From the IMG/VR virus record IMGVR_UViG_3300045988_118927, positions 1 through 42,123 of that record: a stretch of DNA of 42,123 nucleotides; one strand, written 5' to 3'. Origin of the DNA: a virus. Position numbers and translations under genes: made by a program. Positions 15,872-24,988 of this stretch are shown here, one piece after another (position 1 is the first letter of the stretch; each line of letters opens with the position of its first letter). The notes below the pieces were generated by a model. That model was not told the origin of the DNA. It searched no databases and was given only the letters and a program-made list of their open reading frames with translations.

Positions 15872-15950
15872 GCAGTCAAATCGCCACAGATGATTGGGCG
15901 GTTTTGTATAATATATATAAACGCACACGAACATCTAAGGGGGCGAGAAC

Positions 15951-16448
15951 GTGAAGTATGACTACTGGATGACAGACGAAGGCTTAGAGATCATCGCAGG
16001 ATGGGCGAGAAGGGGCTTGACGGATGCGGATATATCGCATAACATCGGCATAACAGAGCGGACTCTGAGGGATTGGAAGCGGCGATACCCCACCATAAAC
16101 GCCTGTCTAAAAAACAGCAAAGACCTTGCTGATACTGTAGTTGAGAATGCTTTATTTCGTAAGGCAACGGGATATAAAACAAAGGAAGTGTCCTATAAAG
16201 CGGACAGCGATGGCAATCTTGTGCCTGTTTCTGCGGTCGAGAAGGAAGTGCCACCGAACACTACAGCCCAAATCTTTTGGCTCAAAAATCGCCGACCTGA
16301 CCTATGGCGAGATCGGCGTAAAGAGGCAGAGAGCGACACTCAGAGCGGCGGCGTAGTAGTCTTGCCTGAGGTGGTAGCAGATGCTATAAAGACTATAGCT
16401 CCTCCACCTGAGCATACTACATCTTGTGGTGATGACGATGAGCAGTAA
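15951..16448 (+). CDS. terS: Terminase small subunit (GTG start at 15951 or ATG at 15969)
   Basis: N-terminal HTH (RRGLTDADISHNIGITERTLRDWKRRYP), then ...TTAQIFWLKNRRPDLWRD, typical of small terminase. aaggggg RBS. Lies immediately upstream of TerL. Confidence 0.75.
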   Translation: MKYDYWMTDEGLEIIAGWARRGLTDADISHNIGITERTLRDWKRRYPTINACLKNSKDLADTVVENALFRKATGYKTKEVSYKADSDGNLVPVSAVEKEVPPNTTAQIFWLKNRRPDLWRDRRKEAESDTQSGGVVVLPEVVADAIKTIAPPPEHTTSCGDDDEQ

Positions 16449-17877
16449 CACTATATGGACACCACAGCCGAAGCAGGCGGTCTTTTTAAGCCGTCCTGAG
16501 TATGAGGCACTATACGGCGGTGCGGCAGGCGGTGGCAAGTCTGATGCACTGCTTGCAGAGGCTCTGCGGCAAGTACATATACCACACTATAAGGCACTGA
16601 TACTCCGTAAGACATTCCCTCAGCTTGCGGAGCTTGAGAGCAGATCGACAGCTATATATAAGCAAGCCTTTCCGACCGCAGTATACAACGCATCTAAGCA
16701 TGTATGGTGCTTCCCTTCGGGAGCGAGGATATACTTCGGGGCGATGCAGAGAGTGCAGGATCGCACTAAGTATCAAGGTCAGCAGTTTGACTTTATCGGC
16801 TTTGATGAGCTTACACACTTTACATGGGATGAGTACAGCTATATGTTCTCCCGTAACCGTCCGAGCGGATCGGGGACGAGGGTATATATGCGAGCGACAG
16901 CCAATCCGGGCGGTGTCGGTCACGGATGGGTAAAGCAGCGATTTATCACAGCCGCAAAGCCGATGACACCCATCATCGACACATACACAGTCACAGATAC
17001 AGCAGGACAAGCACATACCTATCAGCGTAGCAGGATCTTTGTGCCTGCGAGTGTCTTTGACAACAAACAGTTACTTGCAAACGATCCTGCATACCTTGCA
17101 TCGCTTGCGATGTTGCCACAAGCGGAGCGAGATGCCTTGCTATACGGCAATTGGGATAGCTTTTCGGGGCAAGTGTTCGCCGAGTGGCAGGACGATCCGA
17201 CACACTATGTCGACAGACAGTGGACACACGTTATAGAGCCGTTTAAGATACCACAGCACTGGGTAATAGTCAGAGGCTTTGACTTTGGCTATGCAAAGCC
17301 GTTTTCGGTCGGTTGGTATGCGATTGACGAGAGCGACACGGTCTATCGCATCAGGGAATACTACGGCTGTACTGATGTAGCCAACACAGGCTTAAAGCTC
17401 AATCCTGCAGAGATAGCATCGGAGATACGGCGTATCGAGAGCGATGACGAGAACCTCCGAGGCAAGACTATCACAGGGATTGCAGACCCGTCTATCTTTG
17501 ACAGGAGCAGAGGCGAGAGCGTAGCGGACATTATGTCAAAAGCACCAAACTTTGTTCTTTGGTCACCGGGCGATAATGCAAGGATCGCAGGCAAGATGCA
17601 GTATCACTACAGGCTTGCGTTTAATGCTGATGGATTGCCTAAGTTTTACTGTTTCTGCACTTGTAAAGGTTTTTTGAGAACGATTCCTGCTTTGGTCTAC
17701 GATGACGTACACGTTGAGGATATCGACACAACGCAGGAGGATCATATCTATGACGAGTGCAGATATGTCTTGATGGATCATCCGATAGCTGCTCCGACCG
17801 TGTCGGCAAGCGTACCGAGAGGCGATGATCCGCTTGATCAGCGAGTACACAAAAACTACAGCTTTTATAACATTTAA
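16426..17877 (+). CDS. terL: Terminase large subunit (start ambiguous: GTG 16426, ATG 16432 or ATG 16438)
   Basis: Walker A YGGAAGGGKSDALL and Walker B FDFIGFDELTHF, followed by a C-terminal nuclease-type region. Confidence 0.85.
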   Translation: MVMTMSSNTIWTPQPKQAVFLSRPEYEALYGGAAGGGKSDALLAEALRQVHIPHYKALILRKTFPQLAELESRSTAIYKQAFPTAVYNASKHVWCFPSGARIYFGAMQRVQDRTKYQGQQFDFIGFDELTHFTWDEYSYMFSRNRPSGSGTRVYMRATANPGGVGHGWVKQRFITAAKPMTPIIDTYTVTDTAGQAHTYQRSRIFVPASVFDNKQLLANDPAYLASLAMLPQAERDALLYGNWDSFSGQVFAEWQDDPTHYVDRQWTHVIEPFKIPQHWVIVRGFDFGYAKPFSVGWYAIDESDTVYRIREYYGCTDVANTGLKLNPAEIASEIRRIESDDENLRGKTITGIADPSIFDRSRGESVADIMSKAPNFVLWSPGDNARIAGKMQYHYRLAFNADGLPKFYCFCTCKGFLRTIPALVYDDVHVEDIDTTQEDHIYDECRYVLMDHPIAAPTVSASVPRGDDPLDQRVHKNYSFYNI

Positions 17878-17904
17878 CCGCAATTTGAAGGGAGTTGAAA
17901 ACCT

Positions 17905-19716
17905 ATGGAAAGCACTTATATCCGTGACACACCAAGCTCACGAATCCGCTCTGCGACTACATTTGGAGGTATCAACCGAGCAAACGGAACGCCGCTCGGA
18001 GAGTGGGATAGACTTAACGGTTTTGATCTTACGGCGTATCCTGCACTGCGGACTTGCTTACCATATGCATACAGCGACATAGTGTCATCAGGCGAGATTA
18101 CTGGGTACACATACCGCAACGGCATACTTGTATACACAACGGCAGAGGGCATATACCTTGACGGCAAAGGCACACTGACAGCGATAGAGGGCTTGTCAGC
18201 AGGCGATAAAACGCTTGTCAACATCGGTGCATATATTGTGATACTGCCTGACTGGAAGCGTGTAAATATTGCTTCGTCTCCGATAGAAGTCGATAGTGGC
18301 GGCGTTGAAAACGATATCGTTGGCACGGTCACAGAAAAAAACAGCAATACAACAAAGCCGACCGTAGCAATTTACAAACGTTGGTATATGGTGACGCCAT
18401 ATGGTGATGATATGACACAATCAAAAAAAATTTCACGTTTACATCGTGGCGATTCCATGCATTTGATATGGACTGACACTGATGGCAATCGTCAAACGAG
18501 AGACGTCAGAGTGAAGGGTACATGTATATTTAACGATTCAGGAAAATTGTACTTTAGTGTGGAGTTTGATGTTTCAAAGCTAAGTACATCGTACTTCTAC
18601 ATGGCAGACGAACAATCTGACGGCAGCACAAGCGAAAAGGTATATCAAAATGTTACGTTGACCAGAAGTGCAATTCCTGACATGGACTACGTTATAGAAT
18701 ATAACAATCGCCTGTGGGGATGCTCATCAAAAAATCACGAGATATATTGCTCGAAGCTCGGAGATCCGTTCCAGTGGGGAGAATATAACGGCATCAGCAC
18801 TGACTCTTGGGCGGTAACGGTAGGTACAGACGGCGATTTTACGGGAGCTTGCGTGTTTAACGGCTGTGTTCTTTTCTTCAAGGAGGACTGCGTACACAGC
18901 GTTTATGGCACAAAAGCATCAAACTTTACGATTACCACATACACGGTCAGAGGAGTGCAAAAAGGCAGTGCAAAATCGCTCTGCATCAGCGAGGGATTGC
19001 TGTACTACAAAGCTCCCGAAGGCATATTTACGTTTAACGGCTCTGCTTCCTCACGCTTTGACGGTAAGCTATGCGTAGACCGGGACAGCAGAACAGCCTG
19101 TGGTGCAGCAGATGACCGTTATATTGTTATGGCAATGTCGGACGGTACGGTGTTTTACTATGACAAGCTGCACAGCGTATGGTACACTCGCACACTGCCT
19201 AACGTGATATCTATGCATAACTTTAGCGGTAGCTTGTACGCTATCACCAAAGACAGCAAAAAAGCTATGCAAAAGGTGATGCTGACAACGGATGTAGGGA
19301 TGACGGGAAGAATGGCGGAAACAGCCTTTGAAGCCGTTACAGGTGAGTTATGCAGAGGCGAGTTGACAGCGACAAGCAGTTACTCACGCAAGGCTATGCA
19401 TACGGTAATCAAGAAGCTAACAATGTCGGTTGAGGAGTGGCATCAGCGAGGCGAAACATCTGTACAGTTTACTGTATCCGTCCAGTATGACGGAGGCGAT
19501 TGGCAGACGGTATACAGCTATGACGGAACAGCCGAAGAAGCCGATAACAACGTTGTTACACTAATACCGACTATACCGATGCGGTGTCAGCGGTTACGCA
19601 TCAAGATAAGCGGCAAACTGACAATGGGTCCTGATGCAACGGCACAGCCGTATTTAACGCTTTACGGCTTGTTTATCGACACAGAGGAGGCGAGCGAAAT
19701 TGGCGGAAAACATTAA
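17905..19716 (+). CDS. Virion structural protein, 603 aa (tail/adaptor candidate; family not recognised)
   Basis: Position between TerL and the tail fibre; beta-rich sequence. No enzymatic motif seen. Confidence 0.45.
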   Translation: MESTYIRDTPSSRIRSATTFGGINRANGTPLGEWDRLNGFDLTAYPALRTCLPYAYSDIVSSGEITGYTYRNGILVYTTAEGIYLDGKGTLTAIEGLSAGDKTLVNIGAYIVILPDWKRVNIASSPIEVDSGGVENDIVGTVTEKNSNTTKPTVAIYKRWYMVTPYGDDMTQSKKISRLHRGDSMHLIWTDTDGNRQTRDVRVKGTCIFNDSGKLYFSVEFDVSKLSTSYFYMADEQSDGSTSEKVYQNVTLTRSAIPDMDYVIEYNNRLWGCSSKNHEIYCSKLGDPFQWGEYNGISTDSWAVTVGTDGDFTGACVFNGCVLFFKEDCVHSVYGTKASNFTITTYTVRGVQKGSAKSLCISEGLLYYKAPEGIFTFNGSASSRFDGKLCVDRDSRTACGAADDRYIVMAMSDGTVFYYDKLHSVWYTRTLPNVISMHNFSGSLYAITKDSKKAMQKVMLTTDVGMTGRMAETAFEAVTGELCRGELTATSSYSRKAMHTVIKKLTMSVEEWHQRGETSVQFTVSVQYDGGDWQTVYSYDGTAEEADNNVVTLIPTIPMRCQRLRIKISGKLTMGPDATAQPYLTLYGLFIDTEEASEIGGKH

Positions 19717-21490
19717 CATCAGCTTTGCTCCGAACAAGTCAGCAAGTGAATCACAGCGTATCGCAGACCTTGAGCAGTATGTGTTAACACTTACGGAACG
19801 CACGAAGTTTGCGTTTGCAAGCATCATCGAGGAGTACAACGATACCAGTGCCGATGACGAGCAGACGGTAAATATGATTTACCAAACGGCATCCGAGTCG
19901 GGAAGCGATGTCGGGCAGTTTACTGACACTGGCAAAAACTGCGAGATCTTCAATAACTACGAAAATAATATCGCAAGCTCACTTTACGCACACGCCGAAG
20001 GAAACGGCACGAAGGCAACAGCACCAAGCACACACGCAGAAGGGAACAGCACCACAGCAAGCAACACATACGCACACGCTGAAGGATACGGCACCACAGC
20101 GAGCGGAATGAGCTCGCACGCTGAGGGAGAAAGCACCACAGCAAGCGGTTATTGTAGCCACGCAGAAGGATACAATGCCGTTGCGAGCGGCGGATACAGC
20201 CACGCAGAAGGATACAATGCCGTTGCAAGCGGTTGGTACAGCCATGCAGGTGGTATTAACAGCGAAGCGAAAGCGGAAGCATCCTTCGCTCACGGTATGT
20301 ATGCAGTATCCAATTATCGAGGCGGTGCGGCTTTCGGCATCAGCAACAAAACCAAAAACGCACTTTTTGTTATCGGAAACGGCTCGCCTCAAGGAAATTA
20401 CGAAAGCGATGCACTGGTGCTTGACGATGGCGGGAATCTGTGGGTGGCAGGTAGTATAAAGTGCGGCGGTGGCAGCGGAGGTTATACCTTGTCGCCTGCG
20501 ACAGCTGACACGCTCGGCGGCGTGAAGATTGGTGATAACGTATCAGTTACGGCTGACGGTACGATATCCGTTGATTTATCAGCCTATCTCAAATCGACCG
20601 ACATATTCGAATGGGCAAAGCAATCGGAAAAGCCGACATACACAGCAAACGAGATAGGGCTTGGCAACGTGAATAACACAGCAGATGCTGACAAGCCGAT
20701 ATCTACAGCAACACAGGCAGCACTTGACGGTAAGGCAGATACAGGACACACGCACACGGTATCTGACATCACAGATATGCCTGCATATCTGACGGAAGAA
20801 ACCGATCCGACAGTGCCTGCGTGGGCAAAAGCTGAAAGCAAGCCTGTGTATACAGCGGAAGAAGTCGGAGCGGTGACACCTTATGAGCTTGACAGCAAGG
20901 ATTATCTCAAAGCTACAGAAATATCCGGGCAGACTATTGATTTAAACGATATTACGATGAACACGGCATCAGACAAGGGCAAAAGCAGACGGTATTTTTG
21001 TACATCACTATCTGCACAGAATATTGAGAACCGTCCGATATCTGCCAATGAACCGTTTGAATTGTCGGTCGACAATATTCGAAATATCAACACAGAGCAT
21101 TTTAATACCATACAACGCTATACTTCCGTAGCACGAAAACGGACTTATACAAGATGGTGCAATGACGGGGCGTGGTCAGCATGGAAATGCGATACAGATG
21201 TTGTTGTATACGGCAGTGTAACAGAGGACAGTCCAAAAACGTTTGCGTATGCAACATACGGAGAAGGTTTTGGTGTGGTAGAAATCGAGGCATATTACGA
21301 TAACGCCACAAATCCTGTGCGCAATCGTAAAGTGTTTGCATTATCGCCGACCGCAAGCATAGAACGTGTAATGTTGACTATAAGCAATGGCTCGTCAGAG
21401 AGCGTAACTCTTGCTAACGGCACAATCACAATGTCTATGACAGGCACAACGGCTTTGTCATTTGTGATCAGATACACAAACAGCAGATAG
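19700..21490 (+). CDS. Tail fibre with Hep_Hag/YadA-head-like repeats (TTG start)
   Basis: gaggagg RBS 9 nt before TTG 19700. At least seven 14-aa repeats of type SHAEGxxTTASGxx. Later the typical fibre motifs ATADTLGGVKIG and LGNVNNTADADKPISTATQAALDGK. Confidence 0.8.
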   Translation: MAENINISFAPNKSASESQRIADLEQYVLTLTERTKFAFASIIEEYNDTSADDEQTVNMIYQTASESGSDVGQFTDTGKNCEIFNNYENNIASSLYAHAEGNGTKATAPSTHAEGNSTTASNTYAHAEGYGTTASGMSSHAEGESTTASGYCSHAEGYNAVASGGYSHAEGYNAVASGWYSHAGGINSEAKAEASFAHGMYAVSNYRGGAAFGISNKTKNALFVIGNGSPQGNYESDALVLDDGGNLWVAGSIKCGGGSGGYTLSPATADTLGGVKIGDNVSVTADGTISVDLSAYLKSTDIFEWAKQSEKPTYTANEIGLGNVNNTADADKPISTATQAALDGKADTGHTHTVSDITDMPAYLTEETDPTVPAWAKAESKPVYTAEEVGAVTPYELDSKDYLKATEISGQTIDLNDITMNTASDKGKSRRYFCTSLSAQNIENRPISANEPFELSVDNIRNINTEHFNTIQRYTSVARKRTYTRWCNDGAWSAWKCDTDVVVYGSVTEDSPKTFAYATYGEGFGVVEIEAYYDNATNPVRNRKVFALSPTASIERVMLTISNGSSESVTLANGTITMSMTGTTALSFVIRYTNSR

Positions 21491-21504
21491 CGAAAGGAGC
21501 ATAT

Positions 21505-21654
21505 ATGCAGATATTTGAAGATGAAACGTTTGTTCTTGGCGGTGTCGAAACAGAGGATGAGAAACTGAAAGGTGCAATAGTAGTGCCTGATGACAGCGAA
21601 GAAGCACATATGATTCTTGCACAGCAAGGAGAAAGGACAGAAAATGAATCTTGA
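21505..21654 (+). CDS. Small acidic protein, 49 aa (below the ORF track cutoff)
   Basis: gaaaggag RBS 6 nt upstream of the ATG. Overlaps the portal start by 11 nt. Translation MQIFEDETFVLGGVETEDEKLKG... Confidence 0.35.
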   Translation: MQIFEDETFVLGGVETEDEKLKGAIVVPDDSEEAHMILAQQGERTENES

Positions 21655-23629
21655 AGAAGAAATCACAAAGTTCCGAGCAAAGAAAAAAGGACAGCTTGCT
21701 GAGTCTGTGACCGAAAATGCAAACGAAGACGGCACACAGCCTGTCGAAACTGCAGATAGCAGAGTACCGAATGATGACGGCAAGAAGATAGGCACAAAGG
21801 AAATACACGAAGCACAGGAGATACTCAACAGATACAAGCAAGGCAAAGCAAACCTTGAAAAGCGTATCATATCCAATGAGCAGTGGTGGAAGATGCGACA
21901 CTGGGGAGAGCTGTCAGACTCTGCATCTGCTGTAGAATCCGATCCTCTCAGACCTCGTCCTGTGTCTGCTTGGCTGTTTAACTCGCTTGCAAACAAACAC
22001 GCAGATGCTATGGACAATTACCCTGAGCCTACCATACTGCCGAGAGAGTTAAGCGATGAGCAGACAGCACAAACGCTATCCGATGTACTGCCTGTTGTGC
22101 TTGAGCATAACGATTATGAGCAGACATACTCGGACGGATGGTGGCAGAAGCTCAAAGGCGGCTCTATGTGTCAGGCTGTCTTGTGGAACAGCCGAAAAGA
22201 CAACGGCATAGGTGATATTGACATCTGCAATATTGACTTGCTTAATCTGTATTGGGAGTCGGGCGTATCCGACATACAGAAATCGCCGAATCTGTTTTAT
22301 CTATCGCTTGAGGATACAGAGGCTCTTAAGCAGAGATATCCCGAATTTGCAAACAAATCTGGCGGTGATTCGATTGCTGTAAGCAAGTACAAGTACGATG
22401 ACAACGTAGATACAAGCGAGAAGTCAACGGTTGTCGATTGGTACTACAAGGTTTGGGATGGTACAAAGTGCAAACTGCACTACTGCAAATTCTGCGGAGA
22501 TACCGTACTGTATGCAAGCGAGAACAATCCCGAATATGCCGACAGAGGCTTCTATGATCACGGCGAGTATCCGTTTGTAATCGACACAATGTTCCGTGTG
22601 GAAGGCTCTCCGTGTGGTTTCGGATACATCGACATTATGAAGGATTGTCAGATGTACATAGACAAGCTGAATCAGGTAGTGCTTGAGCATACGGTCAAGA
22701 TGACAAACAAGCGGTATTTTGTCAAGATGAACGGCAATGTCAACGAAGACGAATTCGCCGATCAGAGAAAACGTTTTGTACACGTTCAAGGCAATCTGAC
22801 CGATGAGGATATAAGGGAGATAAAGGTTGAGCCGCTTGACAGTGCGGTTATGAACGTACTGCAGCTTAAGATAGACGAGCTGAAGGAAACGAGCGGAAAC
22901 AGAGATTTCTCGCAAGGTGGCACAACAAGCGGTATCACAGCGGCATCTGCTATTGCGGCACTGCAGGAGGCAGGAAGCAAGCTGTCAAGAGATATGCTGA
23001 AAAGTACATACAATGCATATACCAAAGTGTGTTATTTTGCAATAGAGCTTATGCGGCAGTTTTACGATACGCAGAGATATTTCCGCATCACAGGCAAGGA
23101 CGGCTCACAGCAGTTCGTACAGTTTGACAACAGCGGATTAATACCACAATCAGCAGGCAGTGTGGGCGGTTTTGATCTTGGCGAAAGAACGCCTATTTTC
23201 GACATTGTCTGCAAGGCAAGCAGACGATCTCCGTTCTCAAAGGCAGCACAGAACGAGCTTGCAAAAGAGCTGTTCGGTGCAGGATTTTTCAATCCTCAAC
23301 TTTCCGATCAGGTGCTTGCTTGCCTTGATATGATGGATTTTGACGGTAAGCAGGAGGTTGTACAGCGAGTACAGCAGAACGGCACTATGTATCAGCAGAT
23401 AATGCAGTTACAGCAGCAAGTGGCACAGTTACAAGCTATCATAACTGGGCAGATGCCACAGCAGATAGGCACAGTACAGGGAGTAGGACAGCCAATGCCG
23501 AGCGAACAGGCACAACAGACAGGCGGCGATAGCTCACAGCTTGCGAAGATTTTTGACGATGCCACAGAAAACAGCATAGTCAACAAGGCAAGAGAAAAGG
23601 CACAGAATGTAACGAACATCAGCCAGTGA
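21644..23629 (+). CDS. Portal protein (661 aa) with a Gln-rich C-terminal tail
   Basis: The ATG at 21644 is preceded by aaggagaaagga, so the track's TTG start at 21617 is rejected. Called from size and its position directly upstream of Prp-scaffold-capsid. N-terminal region NLEKRIISNEQWWKMRHW. Confidence 0.65.
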   Translation: MNLEEEITKFRAKKKGQLAESVTENANEDGTQPVETADSRVPNDDGKKIGTKEIHEAQEILNRYKQGKANLEKRIISNEQWWKMRHWGELSDSASAVESDPLRPRPVSAWLFNSLANKHADAMDNYPEPTILPRELSDEQTAQTLSDVLPVVLEHNDYEQTYSDGWWQKLKGGSMCQAVLWNSRKDNGIGDIDICNIDLLNLYWESGVSDIQKSPNLFYLSLEDTEALKQRYPEFANKSGGDSIAVSKYKYDDNVDTSEKSTVVDWYYKVWDGTKCKLHYCKFCGDTVLYASENNPEYADRGFYDHGEYPFVIDTMFRVEGSPCGFGYIDIMKDCQMYIDKLNQVVLEHTVKMTNKRYFVKMNGNVNEDEFADQRKRFVHVQGNLTDEDIREIKVEPLDSAVMNVLQLKIDELKETSGNRDFSQGGTTSGITAASAIAALQEAGSKLSRDMLKSTYNAYTKVCYFAIELMRQFYDTQRYFRITGKDGSQQFVQFDNSGLIPQSAGSVGGFDLGERTPIFDIVCKASRRSPFSKAAQNELAKELFGAGFFNPQLSDQVLACLDMMDFDGKQEVVQRVQQNGTMYQQIMQLQQQVAQLQAIITGQMPQQIGTVQGVGQPMPSEQAQQTGGDSSQLAKIFDDATENSIVNKAREKAQNVTNISQ

Positions 23630-23636
23630 GGACAAA

Positions 23637-23951
23637 ATGACAAAGATAACAATCAAACGCAACAAGAACGGTCATGAGATAATCTGTGACGGTCACGCAC
23701 ACGAAGCTCACGGAGCTGACGGCAATTTAGTCTGTGCGGCGGTAAGTACAATCGCTCAGACAATCGCTTATTATCTGTACAATAACACGGACAAGGCTCA
23801 GATAGGCGATATAACGCTCAAGGACGGCTTTTTCTCTGCAAGCTATATAACTGACTATGACGATATCAAAAACGGCGTAGAAGCCATTCTGATTGGCTTC
23901 TCGCTGATATCGGACAGCTATCCCGATATTGTAAAAATATCGCAAAAATGA
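23637..23951 (+). CDS. prp: Prp-family (DUF464, ribosomal-processing cysteine protease-like) protease
   Basis: 104 aa with the His/Cys dyad context ICDGHAHEAHGADGNLVCAAVSTIAQT. Sits between portal and scaffold. Confidence 0.75.
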   Translation: MTKITIKRNKNGHEIICDGHAHEAHGADGNLVCAAVSTIAQTIAYYLYNNTDKAQIGDITLKDGFFSASYITDYDDIKNGVEAILIGFSLISDSYPDIVKISQK

Positions 23952-24035
23952 ATTGCAAAACGCACAGCATAATTTTTGTTATGCTATACTTACAGTAATG
24001 ACTCGCAGGAACAGACTGCAGAAAGGTGAAAACCG

Positions 24036-24956
24036 ATGATTTTCAAATTGAATTTAAAGATGTTTGACGGTGCAGGCGGTGCTTCTTCAGGAACAGGAGA
24101 TGGCACAGGTACAGAAACATCAGGAGTGAGCGAAGGCACTTCCTCCGGTGCAAACAACGGCAAGGACTTAAGCAAGGTTGTTTACGGAAAACAGCCTACG
24201 GTAGCTGAGAACACATCGTCCGATACACAGGATGATGCACAGTCAAGGTACAATGAGTATCGCAATGGCGAAGGCAAGGATTTCATCAACAAGGAAATTG
24301 AGAATGCGGTAAAACGCAGATTCAAAGACCATTCGGAGTTGAAGAAATCAAATGGCAAGATGCAATCAGTTATGAATGCTGTAGCTATGAAGTACGGAAT
24401 TGACCCGACAGATACCGATGGAATACTTAAGGCTGTTGCTGAAGACGAATCGTATTACGAAACGGCGGCTGATGAAGCAGGAATGTCCGTTGAGCAGTAC
24501 AAGAAGATGAAACAGCTTGAAGCGGAAAATGCACAGCTTCAGGCTATCAGACAGGAAGAAGACAGACGGAAAGAGTTTGATGCCAAGTATGCCGAGTGGA
24601 GCATGCAGGCTGATTTCGCAAGGAACGAATATCCGAATCTCGACCTTAACACTGAGATGCAGAACAAGGACTTCTTCGGGCTTCTGACAAGAGGTATAGA
24701 TGTCAAGACCGCATATCAGGTTATACATCAGGACGAAATCGTTCAGAGTGCGATTAGCACAGCGACACAGCGTACTGCACAGGCAGTGCAGCAGCAGACG
24801 GTAAACAATATCCGCTCTAAAGGCTTAAGACCTGACGAAAGTGCAGGAAGTTCACAGGCAGGCTTTACGTTTAAGGCTGATCCTCACAAGTGGACAAAAG
24901 CAGATAGAGAGGAAATTGCCAAGCGTGTTGCAAGGGGCGAAAAAATCACGCTGTAA
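24036..24956 (+). CDS. Scaffolding protein with an L27-like N-terminal leader
   Basis: MIFKLNLKMFDG leader, a Gly/Ser/Thr-rich segment, then long charged helical/coiled-coil sequence. Lies directly upstream of the capsid gene. Confidence 0.7.
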   Translation: MIFKLNLKMFDGAGGASSGTGDGTGTETSGVSEGTSSGANNGKDLSKVVYGKQPTVAENTSSDTQDDAQSRYNEYRNGEGKDFINKEIENAVKRRFKDHSELKKSNGKMQSVMNAVAMKYGIDPTDTDGILKAVAEDESYYETAADEAGMSVEQYKKMKQLEAENAQLQAIRQEEDRRKEFDAKYAEWSMQADFARNEYPNLDLNTEMQNKDFFGLLTRGIDVKTAYQVIHQDEIVQSAISTATQRTAQAVQQQTVNNIRSKGLRPDESAGSSQAGFTFKADPHKWTKADREEIAKRVARGEKITL

Positions 24957-24988
24957 CTTCTTCTTGACGGAAAGAAAGAGGTACACAT

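Noticed and set aside
19908-20459. Alternative-frame ORFs within the tail-fibre repeat region
   Set aside because: They are repeat-driven open frames (HTQKGTAPQQATHTH and the like). The fibre frame carries recognised Hep_Hag and fibre motifs.
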